Virus record (IMG/VR): IMGVR_UViG_3300022841_000014
Location: 2,724-66,723 of that record
Reading direction: 5' to 3' (one strand)
Source: a virus
Length of the DNA: 64,000 nt
Shown here: in pieces, positions 10,800 to 21,134 of the stretch
How positions within the stretch are numbered: the stretch's first letter is position 1
Layout: every line of letters starts with the position of its first letter
Position numbers and translations under genes: made by a program
Notes under the pieces: model-generated
Database searches by the model: none
What the model saw: only the letters and a program-made list of their open reading frames with translations
Told to the model about the DNA's origin: nothing

Positions 10800-10822
10800 A
10801 TAAGTCAACAATGTCAACTTAA
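10800..10822 (+). promoter_or_regulatory. 23-nt repeated upstream element, copy 2
   Basis: ATAAGTCAACAATGTCAACTTAA, ending 18 nt before ATG 10841. Confidence 0.65.
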
Positions 10823-10840
10823 TTTATATATATAAAAATA

Positions 10841-11452
10841 ATGATTGATTTAAATAGTTTTTCAGACAATGGTTCTGATGTAGTAATTTTTAACGAAGGT
10901 AATGCAGGTAAAGTAAATAATGTAGCAATTTCTGTTAAGAAAAAAAGTGCAGAAGACAATGCCAATGCACCTGATTATAAAATACATTACACACAAGAAA
11001 ATGGTTCTGATGTAAACGATGGTATTTATTACCCTCAAGATTCAGATAACAACCCAGCTTTTGTATTACAAAGGCTTGTTACAACGTTACACGCTGTAGA
11101 TGCAGAATCTATAGGTGTAGCTTTACCAACTCTTCCTAATTACCCAGCAGCTGTAGATTTTCTAATGAAGAAAATTAACGAAGCAGGTAAAAAAGGACAT
11201 AAAGTAAATGTATTTGTTAATTATGGAACACAAGGTTATCCTAAGAGTTTTTTAACTGTTAGAAAAATTAATTTTGTAGAACCTTTTAACAAAGATGAAA
11301 ATACAACTAGATTAAAACCAGCTAAAAGCACAGACGCAAATAAGTTAATGTATAATGACTTAATGTCTAGACCTCAGCCAGATAATGATGACGATGCTTT
11401 TGACACAGAGTCTACTGACTCTAAAGACGAAGCTAGTAATGATTTTTTCTAG
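10841..11452 (+). CDS. putative single-stranded DNA-binding protein
   Basis: Acidic tail ending DFF; position between Sak4-like ATPase and primase. Confidence 0.7.
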   Translation: MIDLNSFSDNGSDVVIFNEGNAGKVNNVAISVKKKSAEDNANAPDYKIHYTQENGSDVNDGIYYPQDSDNNPAFVLQRLVTTLHAVDAESIGVALPTLPNYPAAVDFLMKKINEAGKKGHKVNVFVNYGTQGYPKSFLTVRKINFVEPFNKDENTTRLKPAKSTDANKLMYNDLMSRPQPDNDDDAFDTESTDSKDEASNDFF

Positions 11453-11466
11453 TAGGTCATAAATAT

Positions 11467-11489
11467 AGAGGGGGAAACCCCTCTTTTTT
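11467..11489 (+). terminator. intrinsic terminator
   Basis: AGAGGGG-GAAA-CCCCTCT followed by a T tract. Confidence 0.85.
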
Positions 11490-11502
11490 ATTAAAAACAA
11501 AA

Positions 11503-12540
11503 ATGGTAGATTTAAATAAACACGTATCTAAACCATTAGTAACTAAAGCGGTATTAGATATAGAATTAAAAGACAGTGAAATATATTGTTTTTACATGAA
11601 TACTGATAGTATTAACTTAAATTCAGCTATGAGTTCACCTCTAAGAGAAGATCCAACACCATCGTTTGGTTTTTTTTTAAATAAAAGAGGTAATATTATA
11701 TATAATGATTTTGTAAATGGAGGTGGTGATTGTTATAAATTCGTAAAAGAATTTTTTGCATATTCACAATGGTATGATGTTTACAGTCAAATTGCAATTG
11801 ATTTTAATTTAGATAAAAAGTACAAATGTAGTAATAATTTATTAAACAATGAAAATAAAAATAAAGTAAAGTATGACGCTAACATACAAATACTTAAAAA
11901 AAAGAAATGTAAAATATCAGTAAACAAAAGAATTTGGGAAGTTCACGATTTAAATTATTGGAATAAATTTAACATAAATAAAGTTATGTTAATAAAATAC
12001 AGAGTTTTTCCATTAAAATATATTTTTATAAATAATAAACCTATAGCAGCAGATAAAAATGCATATGTTTATATAGAAAGTAAAGATGGTTTAATAACAC
12101 ATAAGATATATCAACCTTATAGTAAATTTAAATGGATAACAGACAATGATAATTCAGTATGGCAAGGTTGGGAACAACTTTCTTTAAATGGTAACATTTT
12201 AATCATAACAAAATCACTTAAAGATGTAATGTCTATAAAAAGTACAACAGGTTATGATGCAATAGCTTTACAAAATGAAAAAGCTAAACCAAAAGATAAT
12301 ATAATTGAACAATTAAAAGGTAGATTTACTAAAATTTTTATATTATTTGATAATGATTATGATAAAAAAGAAAACTGGGGTCAAATAAACGCCAAAGAAA
12401 TATCTAGAAATCATATGATTACTAATATAGTAATAAATAAAGAATATAAATCTAAGGATTTTTCTGATTTAGTTAATAATCATGGTAAAGATTTAGCAAA
12501 AGAAATATTAAATTCTAAAATAAATAAAAAAGATGAGTAA
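11503..12540 (+). CDS. dnaG: DNA primase (TOPRIM)
   Basis: SPLREDPTPSF, ITKSLKDVM, FDND and KDFSD motifs typical of crAss-like primases. Confidence 0.88.
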   Translation: MVDLNKHVSKPLVTKAVLDIELKDSEIYCFYMNTDSINLNSAMSSPLREDPTPSFGFFLNKRGNIIYNDFVNGGGDCYKFVKEFFAYSQWYDVYSQIAIDFNLDKKYKCSNNLLNNENKNKVKYDANIQILKKKKCKISVNKRIWEVHDLNYWNKFNINKVMLIKYRVFPLKYIFINNKPIAADKNAYVYIESKDGLITHKIYQPYSKFKWITDNDNSVWQGWEQLSLNGNILIITKSLKDVMSIKSTTGYDAIALQNEKAKPKDNIIEQLKGRFTKIFILFDNDYDKKENWGQINAKEISRNHMITNIVINKEYKSKDFSDLVNNHGKDLAKEILNSKINKKDE

Positions 12541-12919
12541 AAATATAAACATTAGTGTTTACGGAACATTAAGAACTGGTTATGGAAATCACAGAGTATT
12601 GGGTAATTCAAAATTAATTGGTGCTGGATGGACTAAAAATAAATATAAATTGACAGCAAATGGTATTCCTTTTGTTAATCCTAACGAGCAAGTTAGTAAA
12701 ATTAGAGTAGAAGTTTATTCAGTTACACCTGATCAATTACCTACAGTAGATAGATTAGAAGGTTATGATCCTAGAGATCATGAAGGTTCTTGGTATAAAA
12801 GAACACCTATTGAAATAACTCTTGATACAGGAGAAGATGTAAAAGCTTCTATTTACTTTGGTGAAAACGAAGGTAAAACATTAATTGAATCTGGAGATTA
12901 TGCCGATTATAGAAACTAA
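12533..12919 (+). CDS. gamma-glutamylcyclotransferase (AIG2-like)
   Basis: VYGTLR...N-H, VEVY, DRLEG, Y-R motifs. Confidence 0.9.
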   Translation: MSKNINISVYGTLRTGYGNHRVLGNSKLIGAGWTKNKYKLTANGIPFVNPNEQVSKIRVEVYSVTPDQLPTVDRLEGYDPRDHEGSWYKRTPIEITLDTGEDVKASIYFGENEGKTLIESGDYADYRN

Positions 12920-13361
12920 ATTAATATATTCTCGTTCTAAAAGAAGAAAATCTGCTAAATCTTATATAATTGATCTTTTAAAAAATAGACCTAATACTTA
13001 TAACGATAAAAAATTTACAGAAATTCAATGTCGCAGAAGTAAATATAGAACTATTTATGAAGTTTATTGTATTCTTAAAACTGAATATACATCTTTAACT
13101 TGGAAACGTTATTTAAGTATAGTTTTTAGTTTAGTTGATTGTGAAGAAACAGCTATTAATTTATGGTATTGTTTTCATGTATCAGGTATAGTTTTTAATA
13201 GTAGTGTGTCAACAGATAAAGATGAAAATTTTCCTTTTTTAAAAAGAATAGGTAGTACATCATGGCATTCAGCGGAAAGAATTGAACAAACTGGTTTTAA
13301 ACACAAATTTGCAAATTTAGAAAATTTAAACAAATATTATAAAAAATATAATGAAAAATAA
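12900..13361 (+). CDS. hypothetical protein
   Basis: ORF inside the amidoligase cluster; start uncertain (12885 or 12900). Confidence 0.6.
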   Translation: MPIIETKLIYSRSKRRKSAKSYIIDLLKNRPNTYNDKKFTEIQCRRSKYRTIYEVYCILKTEYTSLTWKRYLSIVFSLVDCEETAINLWYCFHVSGIVFNSSVSTDKDENFPFLKRIGSTSWHSAERIEQTGFKHKFANLENLNKYYKKYNEK

Positions 13362-14235
13362 ATATACAAAATTTCGTCCTGTAATATACAGTAGGCATCC
13401 TTCTCACACTAATCTTAGAAGAAATAATAAGACAATTGAATTATTACCATTTCGTTCAGTAGTAAGATTAGGTTCTAGTACTGAATGTAAAGACACTATT
13501 GCAAATGGAGGTGATAGATTAGAATTAAATACTGTTGATGCAATTCGTAATAGTAGTAGTAAACTTCGCATGAAAAATTGTTTTCAAAACGCACAACCAA
13601 GTGTTAAATCAGCAGATTGGTATAGATGTAGTAATGATAATAATAATTTTTTATTGCAAACAAAAGCTGAAATAATAACAGTTTCTTTAGAAGATATGCC
13701 ATTACCATTAGTTGCTAAATCATTATATGGTAGTAGAGGTCAAGGTAATACTTTACTTAAAACTATTGATGAAATTAGAAATTATTTACGTTCAGGTGTC
13801 AATTTAGAAAATCGCATTTTTGAACGTTATTATAATTACTCAAGAGAATATAGACTTCACGTTGATGCAAATGGATGTTTTTATACTTGTCGTAAAATGA
13901 TGAAAAGAGATACTCCTGAAGAAAATAAGTGGTATAGAAATGATGATAATTGTGTATGGATTCTTGAAAATAACGAAGCTTTTGATAAGCCTAGTAATTG
14001 GCAATCTATAATTGATGAATGCGTAAAAGCTCTTAATTCAACAGGTTTAGATTTTGGTGCAATTGATCTTAGAATACAAAGTTCTACAGATAGAAATGGT
14101 AATATTAATGAAAATCCAGATTTTATTATTGTAGAAATTAATTCTGCTCCATCATTTGGAGATATAACAGAAGAAACTTATATTAAACATATACCAGTAA
14201 TGCTTAAAAATAAATATAAAACTTTAAATAAATAA
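13351..14235 (+). CDS. ATP-grasp ligase (RimK-like)
   Basis: PLVAK..GSRGQG, REYRLHV, LDFGAID, EINSAPS. Confidence 0.9.
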   Translation: MKNKYTKFRPVIYSRHPSHTNLRRNNKTIELLPFRSVVRLGSSTECKDTIANGGDRLELNTVDAIRNSSSKLRMKNCFQNAQPSVKSADWYRCSNDNNNFLLQTKAEIITVSLEDMPLPLVAKSLYGSRGQGNTLLKTIDEIRNYLRSGVNLENRIFERYYNYSREYRLHVDANGCFYTCRKMMKRDTPEENKWYRNDDNCVWILENNEAFDKPSNWQSIIDECVKALNSTGLDFGAIDLRIQSSTDRNGNINENPDFIIVEINSAPSFGDITEETYIKHIPVMLKNKYKTLNK

Positions 14236-14237
14236 AA

Positions 14238-15008
14238 ATGTCAAAAACAAAAACGTTAATTGGAATATTAGGTCATAATCATACTGGTAAATATCAACCA
14301 GGTTATGGTCAAAATGCAGCTTACGTACACTTTGCAAGAAGTTTTGATGCAGATGTAGTTATAATAGATGCTGCAAATGAAACTATATTACCAGTAGATT
14401 TATTAATATTACCAGGTGGACGTGACGTTAATCCTTTACGATATGGTCAAAAACCACATTATATGACTGATAATCCTGATATGGAATATGAATCATTTTA
14501 TGATGTAAATCTTGGTGCTATTAATGGGTATATTGAACGTGCTAAACAAAATAAAACAGCAATTTATGGTATTTGTGCAGGTTTTCAAAATTTAAATGTC
14601 CACTTTGGTGGAAGTTTAAATCAACATGTTCACAATGATAGATCTACTACTTGGAGAGGTGAATTAGTAGATGATTTAGAAACAGTTATTGATAATTTTC
14701 CAAAAGATTATTTAGGTGAAATACTTATTTCTTCTAAAAAAGATAGATTAAATTATGTAAATAATGTTCCACGAAAATTTAAAACAAATTCTATACATCA
14801 TCAAGCTATTTTTATAGACAATTTATCTAATGATTTTTTACCATTAGCTTATGATGTCAAACATAAAAATATAGAATTTATGATTCACAAAGAATTACCT
14901 ATTGCTGCAGAACAATCTCACCCAGAAGAAAGATTTAACCCATTTGTTGCAATTGGAATTATTAACACATTATTAAATAGAATAGAAAATGAAAAAAGAA
15001 AAAATTAA
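14238..15008 (+). CDS. class I glutamine amidotransferase / peptidase C26 (PuuD-like)
   Basis: LILPGGRDV.P..YG, GICAGFQ, NSIHHQ, SHPE. Confidence 0.9.
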   Translation: MSKTKTLIGILGHNHTGKYQPGYGQNAAYVHFARSFDADVVIIDAANETILPVDLLILPGGRDVNPLRYGQKPHYMTDNPDMEYESFYDVNLGAINGYIERAKQNKTAIYGICAGFQNLNVHFGGSLNQHVHNDRSTTWRGELVDDLETVIDNFPKDYLGEILISSKKDRLNYVNNVPRKFKTNSIHHQAIFIDNLSNDFLPLAYDVKHKNIEFMIHKELPIAAEQSHPEERFNPFVAIGIINTLLNRIENEKRKN

Positions 15009-15636
15009 AATATTTACATTATATGCATATCTTACTAATCAATATTTAGAATTTTTTAGTAATAAATATGAAATTGTAATAACAGAAGATTCTTCTGAAG
15101 AAGATATAAGCATTGCTTTATTTACTGGTGGAGAAGATGTTAACCCTATTTATTATGATGAACAATTAGGTTCTAATACTTATATTAACGCTAAAAGAGA
15201 TACGTTAGAAGAAGAAGCATTTAATTCTTTAGCTCCTCATGTATTAAAAGTTGGTATATGTAGAGGTTCACAGTTTTTAACTGTAATGAGTGGTGGTAAA
15301 TTAATACAACATATTACTGGTCACAGTAGAAGTCACAATGTTGTTGATATTGAAAATAATATTTTTGAAGTAACTTCTACCCATCATCAAATGATGTATC
15401 CATTTAATCTTAATAAAGATAATTATGATATAATAGGAATTTCTCAAGATATTTTATCTGAAAAATATCTTAATGGTAATGATCAAGAAATTTTATTAGA
15501 TAAAAATTTTAAAGAGTGTGAAATAGTGTATTATAAAAATACAAATAGCCTTGCTATACAAGGACATCCAGAGTTTAATCATTCAACATTAGAATTTAAA
15601 AACTATTGTTATAATTTAATAGACAAATTACTATAA
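14989..15636 (+). CDS. class I glutamine amidotransferase / peptidase C26
   Basis: FTGGEDV.P..Y, GICRGSQ, STHHQ, QGHPE. Confidence 0.9.
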   Translation: MKKEKIKIFTLYAYLTNQYLEFFSNKYEIVITEDSSEEDISIALFTGGEDVNPIYYDEQLGSNTYINAKRDTLEEEAFNSLAPHVLKVGICRGSQFLTVMSGGKLIQHITGHSRSHNVVDIENNIFEVTSTHHQMMYPFNLNKDNYDIIGISQDILSEKYLNGNDQEILLDKNFKECEIVYYKNTNSLAIQGHPEFNHSTLEFKNYCYNLIDKLL

Positions 15637-15637
15637 T

Positions 15638-16465
15638 ATGAATAATAAATATAATTACAATAATCTTACTATTGGATCTGATCCAGAAGTATTTGTTAGA
15701 GATTTTGAAACTAAAGAATTAGCTTCTATTATTGGAGTTTTTAATGCAGGTAAAAACGATCCTCTTGATATAGGAACAGGTTGTTTTGTTCAAGAAGATA
15801 ATATACTTGCTGAATTTAATATTCCACCTTGTAAAACAAGAGAAGAATTTTTAAATTCAATAAATTATGCTAAATCTTACATTGAAATGTTTGTAGCACC
15901 TTTAGGTATGGAACTTCATTATTCAAGTAGTGAAATTGCTACTGAAGAATTACTTCTTGATCCTAAAGCTCATGTTTTTGGATGTTCACCTTCTTATAAC
16001 GCAATAACTGAATGTTCTTCAGATATTGCAGAAGAAGACACATCAGAATTAACTATGAGATCTTCTGGTTTTCACATTCATTATGGGTGGGACAACCCAA
16101 CAGAAGATGAAAGAGATAGATTATGTATGATGTTTGAATTAGCTGTATCATTACCTTTAATATTAGAAGATAATGATGATCATAATCGCAGATCATTATA
16201 TGGTAAAATCGGGGATTGTAGAGATAAAGATTACGGAATAGAATGTAGGTCTTTAGGTGGTTACTTTTTAAAAAGTGATGATAGTATATTAAACGTATGG
16301 GATCGTTCCGTTATGGCTGTCAAAATGGCAGAAGAACTTGAAATTTCTAATGAAGATTTAAGAAAAGATATATTAAATTATATTAATCCTGAATCAGATT
16401 TAGAAATTGAAAACGTAAATGAATTAATTGAAAAATACAAAATAAAAGAATATGTTAATATTTAA
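15638..16465 (+). CDS. phiEco32-like COOH-NH2 ligase type 2
   Basis: IGSDPEVF, QEDNILAEFNI, FGCSP, RSSGFHIHYG, RRSLYGK...YGIECRSL. Confidence 0.9.
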   Translation: MNNKYNYNNLTIGSDPEVFVRDFETKELASIIGVFNAGKNDPLDIGTGCFVQEDNILAEFNIPPCKTREEFLNSINYAKSYIEMFVAPLGMELHYSSSEIATEELLLDPKAHVFGCSPSYNAITECSSDIAEEDTSELTMRSSGFHIHYGWDNPTEDERDRLCMMFELAVSLPLILEDNDDHNRRSLYGKIGDCRDKDYGIECRSLGGYFLKSDDSILNVWDRSVMAVKMAEELEISNEDLRKDILNYINPESDLEIENVNELIEKYKIKEYVNI

Positions 16466-18572
16466 TATAGTAATTATAATGTTAATTATGCAAATGCTAT
16501 TAAACATTTTTAGTAAAACACAAAAAAAAGATGTTTTTAGTTGTGGATTATTTGGATGGACTGGTGAAAATCCATCTTCATTTGATATGGATAAACTTAA
16601 AATATTAGGTGTTTTAAATGAAGAAAGAGGTACTAATTCTTGTGGTTTATATATAAATGAAAAATTACATAAAGGTGACAGTATTGGTACAAACAATGAA
16701 GCTTTATTTAGAAATTTATTTATTAATGAAAGTATCCAAAAGTACAAAAAAAAAGTAGGTAACGTAATTATAGGTCACACTAGAAATGCATCAAGAGGAG
16801 GTATTAAAAGTGTAAATAATACACATCCTTTTATGTTTGATATTGGTGATGGTTTTAATTTTATAGGTGCTCATAACGGAACTTTAGATAATCACAAATT
16901 TTTAGCTGAAAAATATGAAGTAAATCTTAAAGATGATAAACATAGAGAAAAAGTAGATAGTGAAATTTTATTAGAAATAATATCTAAAGCTAATGTAAAA
17001 AAACCTGATTATATAAAAGTTTTACAAGATTACAAAGGTGCTGCTGCATTGGTTTTACATTCACAAAAAGAAAAAGAAACTGTTTTTGTATTTAGAGGTA
17101 AATCTAAAAAATGGGAATATAATACTAGTGTTGCTGAAGAAGAAAGACCATTGCATTATTGGCAAGAATCTAAAAATAGTATATATTATTCTTCTACAGT
17201 AGCTCCTTTAGAGCTTATATCAGGTAAAAGACATACTGAAAAAGATTCTAATATATATACTTTTGAAACAAATATACTTTATAAAATAAAAAATGGTGTA
17301 ATTGAAGCTTTGTTTAATATTGATAGAACTAAAAATGAAAAATACGATTCAATGTATGAATTTAATCGTAAAAAAGAAGAAAAAAACAGAAAAAATGTTG
17401 ATAAAACTAAAAATAACAATAAATCAGTAAAAAATTTAGTTGTTTATAAATCAAAACAACCACCTGTTAATTCTAAATTATTTATTAGTGCAAATAAAAT
17501 ACCAAATGATATTCAAAATGTTATTTCACCTTTAGAAAGTAAAATTGGAAAAAGTATTTTTTATGAGAAAATAATTAGGAGCAAAGAAATGGTTAATTAT
17601 AATAAAGTTATTTTTGAAAATTTTAGATATAAACAAAACAACGAGCTTGTTAAAGATGGTATTTATGTTTATAGTGAAAATAATGGTTTTATATATGTTA
17701 GTAATTTAATACATGAAGCTAAAAATTTAATTAATAATTTTTCATTTTTTGATAAAGTTAATTCTAAAAATATTGTTTTAGGAAAAGTTGATTTAACTTT
17801 GTTTTACATAGTTAATGGTATTATGTTACTTACTGAATTAGATTATGAAACTATTAATTATAAAGGATCAGAAAACTTTACTCTTGAAGAATATTCGCAC
17901 ATGAGTGTTTATCCTATAACTTCTTATTATGAAAATTCATTTTTAAAAAATAAAAAAGAAGATTTATTAGAATTTAATGCTCATTTATTTAAAAATAAAA
18001 TTTTAAGAAAAGGAAAAGTAGTACAAAGTGAATCTGTACAAGCAATAGGTTCTACTTATATTTATAGTATAAGAAAAGGTATTTGTGTTGCTAGTTTTTA
18101 TAATCATATTTTTAATAGTATAAAAAATAATAAAATAATTTTAAGTAATAAAAAAGTTATTGACAATGCTTATTTTGAAGACAAAAGTTTTGAAAAAAAT
18201 ATAAATAAACTTGTTAATAAAAATAATAAATTTGAAGAAGATTTTCAAGATTATGAATCAGGTATAGATTATTCAAATGTTGACGAATTTGAAGACGAAA
18301 ATGACGACATGAAAGTTGCATTAGATGATTTTAACACTTCAATAAAAGAATCTTTAGATTTAGGAATAGATTTTGTTAGTAAATATTCTGATAACAATGA
18401 ATTAGCAACTAATGTTTTTAATTTTTGCGAAAATTTAGAAGGTGTTTATAATCCGTTAAGTAAATGGATTGATAATATTTTAAATTCAAAAGAAATAAAA
18501 AATGATGATGATGAATATTTTGATGAAGATGAAATGGAATTTATTAATAGAAACAACAAATTTAACCAATAG
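16452..18572 (+). CDS. class II (Ntn) glutamine amidotransferase with long C-terminal extension
   Basis: CGLFG, ERG, GHTRNAS, NTHPF, AHNGTL, VDSE. Confidence 0.9.
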   Translation: MLIFNIVIIMLIMQMLLNIFSKTQKKDVFSCGLFGWTGENPSSFDMDKLKILGVLNEERGTNSCGLYINEKLHKGDSIGTNNEALFRNLFINESIQKYKKKVGNVIIGHTRNASRGGIKSVNNTHPFMFDIGDGFNFIGAHNGTLDNHKFLAEKYEVNLKDDKHREKVDSEILLEIISKANVKKPDYIKVLQDYKGAAALVLHSQKEKETVFVFRGKSKKWEYNTSVAEEERPLHYWQESKNSIYYSSTVAPLELISGKRHTEKDSNIYTFETNILYKIKNGVIEALFNIDRTKNEKYDSMYEFNRKKEEKNRKNVDKTKNNNKSVKNLVVYKSKQPPVNSKLFISANKIPNDIQNVISPLESKIGKSIFYEKIIRSKEMVNYNKVIFENFRYKQNNELVKDGIYVYSENNGFIYVSNLIHEAKNLINNFSFFDKVNSKNIVLGKVDLTLFYIVNGIMLLTELDYETINYKGSENFTLEEYSHMSVYPITSYYENSFLKNKKEDLLEFNAHLFKNKILRKGKVVQSESVQAIGSTYIYSIRKGICVASFYNHIFNSIKNNKIILSNKKVIDNAYFEDKSFEKNINKLVNKNNKFEEDFQDYESGIDYSNVDEFEDENDDMKVALDDFNTSIKESLDLGIDFVSKYSDNNELATNVFNFCENLEGVYNPLSKWIDNILNSKEIKNDDDEYFDEDEMEFINRNNKFNQ

Positions 18573-18598
18573 AGTTAACATTAAAAAAATAAAATGAA

Positions 18599-20113
18599 AT
18601 GATAGTTAAAACTTACAAAGGTAAGAATTTAGAAAAAAGTAAATGTCGTAAAATACAAAATGATTATTACGAAATAGGTGATAACAACATAGAAGGAAGT
18701 GGTGGATGTTACAAAGTAAACGGTAGATATCATAGATTTAATAATGGTCTTATTGAATTTGATCATGAAAATAAATCTTACGTTTTAGTAAATAAACAAC
18801 TTTTAACAAGGGGTATAGTAAGTATAAATAAAGATGATTCTTTTATATTAGGATTTTTTTCACCTAATCCTACTAAAAACATAAAAGTTGTTGTAGACAA
18901 TTTTAATGTAACTAATTGTATAGATGAAGAAACATTAGGTAGTAAGTATTCTGAACATTTAAATACAGGTAATTTTTATAAAAAAGATGAAATGTCAAAA
19001 TCTTCTTTTAATAAAATAGGAAAAGCACCTGTAGATAAAAATTCGTTAAACTACGATAGTAGATTTGTAACTAAAATGATTGAAAAATCATATAATCAGT
19101 ATTACAAAGTTCCTAGTGTTAAAAATCAAATGGTAGAAGAATTAGGTATTTTATTAGAAAAAAATAAAATAACTTTTGGTCTTGAATTTGAAACTTCAAA
19201 AGGTTATTTACCTGATAGATTGTGTTATAAACACGGTATAGTAGCATTAAGAGATGGTAGTATATCAGGTTTAGAATATGTTACAGTTCCTTTAGATGGT
19301 AGAAAAGGTTTATATAATGTAATGGAAATATGTAAATTATTAAAAAAAAGAACTGATTATGATTTTACATGTGCTTTACATTTACATTTAGGAGGTCTTA
19401 AAAGAGATGTTGACAATATTTTATCTATAAATAATATAGCAAATATGCTAGAAGAAGATATGTATTCTTTACAACCATTGTCTAAAAAAATTTCTACTGA
19501 TTACGGTAAAAATAAAAATTACAGTGGTCCAATGAATTGTACTCCTTTAAGTATTATGATGTCTGACACAGATAAACCTTTACCTAAACTTAAAAAATTA
19601 GCTTTTGATAGTTTATTTAAGCATTTATCTGGTGGATATTCATTTTCAGATTTTGGTAATGATTTAGAAAAAATACAAAATCATCCTAAAGACCCTAATG
19701 GTACATCTAAATGGAACATTAGAAGTCGTTACGTATGGTTTAACATGATTCCTATTATATTTACTAACAAACAAACTGTAGAATTTAGACAACATAATAA
19801 TACTTTTGACTTTTTTAAAATTTACAATTTTATGTTAAGTTCAGCAATAATGGTTATGGCAGCTAACAAATTAGAAGATAAATTTAATAATCCTAAATTT
19901 TTAAAATCTTTTAGTAAATTAAATAGTAAATATGAAACATTAGTAAAACTTACTAAAAGTGAATTCCCAGAACTTACAGATTCTCTTTGTGAAAATAATA
20001 TAAAATATTTTAAAGAAAGAGTTAAAGTTATGAAAAAAATGAATATTAATGACCCTAAAGGTCTTAATGAACATAAATTTTATGATGATTTTACAAATAC
20101 TGTAGATGAATAA
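18599..20113 (+). CDS. putative amidoligase (Amidoligase_2-like)
   Basis: FGLEFET, DGSI..LEYVT, CALHLHLG, TVEFRQH. Confidence 0.88.
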   Translation: MIVKTYKGKNLEKSKCRKIQNDYYEIGDNNIEGSGGCYKVNGRYHRFNNGLIEFDHENKSYVLVNKQLLTRGIVSINKDDSFILGFFSPNPTKNIKVVVDNFNVTNCIDEETLGSKYSEHLNTGNFYKKDEMSKSSFNKIGKAPVDKNSLNYDSRFVTKMIEKSYNQYYKVPSVKNQMVEELGILLEKNKITFGLEFETSKGYLPDRLCYKHGIVALRDGSISGLEYVTVPLDGRKGLYNVMEICKLLKKRTDYDFTCALHLHLGGLKRDVDNILSINNIANMLEEDMYSLQPLSKKISTDYGKNKNYSGPMNCTPLSIMMSDTDKPLPKLKKLAFDSLFKHLSGGYSFSDFGNDLEKIQNHPKDPNGTSKWNIRSRYVWFNMIPIIFTNKQTVEFRQHNNTFDFFKIYNFMLSSAIMVMAANKLEDKFNNPKFLKSFSKLNSKYETLVKLTKSEFPELTDSLCENNIKYFKERVKVMKKMNINDPKGLNEHKFYDDFTNTVDE

Positions 20114-20810
20114 GGATATTATTAATTTTAAAAAAACTTTTGGTAACTGGGTTAATGATGAAAGTTTTCTATATATAATTAAATCAGATTATTTTAGAAA
20201 ACTTATTGTTTTTTTAAACCAAGTTTATAATAAAAGACAAATATTTCCTTTAAAAAAAGATATATTTAAAGTTTTTAGATATGTCCCTTATAATAATATT
20301 AAAGTGGTGATATTAGGAGATTCTCCTTACCCTAATGAATCAGCAAACGGCTTTGCTGTAGCAAATACAGTTGATACACTTAGGGTGTCACCTTCTTTAT
20401 TTAAAATAAGAGAATGTATAGAAAAAACTACTAATACTTTAATTGTTGATTTTGATGTAACTTTGCAAAATTGGGCTTTACAAAATGTTTTATTGTTAAA
20501 TACATCATTAACTATTCAAGCAGGTATGGTAAATCCACACAAGCATATTTGGGATGAATTTATTAAAGTTACTATTAATACTATTATAGATAATAATCCA
20601 GGTGTAATATTTTGTTTATGGGGAAACGATGTTATGAGAACTTTTCACAAAGTTGTTCCAGAAAACAAATTAAAATTTTGTTATGCTTTAAAATGTATAC
20701 ATCCTGAACTTGCTGCAAAACGAAATGAAGAATGGAATTGTAATCATTTTAAACAAATTAACGAATTAATAAAAGAAAACAATGGAAAAGAATTTTGTAT
20801 TAAATGGTAA
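20106..20810 (+). CDS. ung: uracil-DNA glycosylase (family 1)
   Basis: KVVILGDSPY, ANGFA, SPSL, WALQNVLLLN, LWG, HP. Confidence 0.92.
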   Translation: MNKDIINFKKTFGNWVNDESFLYIIKSDYFRKLIVFLNQVYNKRQIFPLKKDIFKVFRYVPYNNIKVVILGDSPYPNESANGFAVANTVDTLRVSPSLFKIRECIEKTTNTLIVDFDVTLQNWALQNVLLLNTSLTIQAGMVNPHKHIWDEFIKVTINTIIDNNPGVIFCLWGNDVMRTFHKVVPENKLKFCYALKCIHPELAAKRNEEWNCNHFKQINELIKENNGKEFCIKW

Positions 20811-21134
20811 TAAGTTAATTGCTGAATTTATGGGTTGGGAAAAAAAGGATTAGTTTATACTACTCCTCACAATAGACCTTATTTAGCTGTAGATAGTAAC
20901 ATGTATGAAACAAATAAAGCTAGACTAGATGATTTTAAATTTCATGAATCATGGGATTGGTTAATGCCTATAATTCAAAAAATTGAAAGGTTAGATACAC
21001 TAGATAAAGATAAGGATTTCAATAAACAATTGGATAGAGTTATATGTAAATTTATTTATACAGATATTAAAACAATGTATAAAGCAGTAATTAAATTTAT
21101 TAAATGGTATAATGAAAACAACAAAAGTAACTAG
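20782..21134 (+). CDS. phage protein (NKLIAEFMG...SWDWLMP type) split by a -1 frameshift at A-AAA-AAG (20841-20847)
   Basis: Frame from 20782 gives MEKNFVLNGNKLIAEFMGWEKKD*; the -1 frame carries KFHESWDWLMPIIQKIE. Confidence 0.65.

Noticed and set aside
10069-10822. CRISPR or att-site interpretation of the 23-nt repeat
   Set aside because: Only two copies 731 nt apart at equivalent positions before start codons; no cas or integrase genes in the window.
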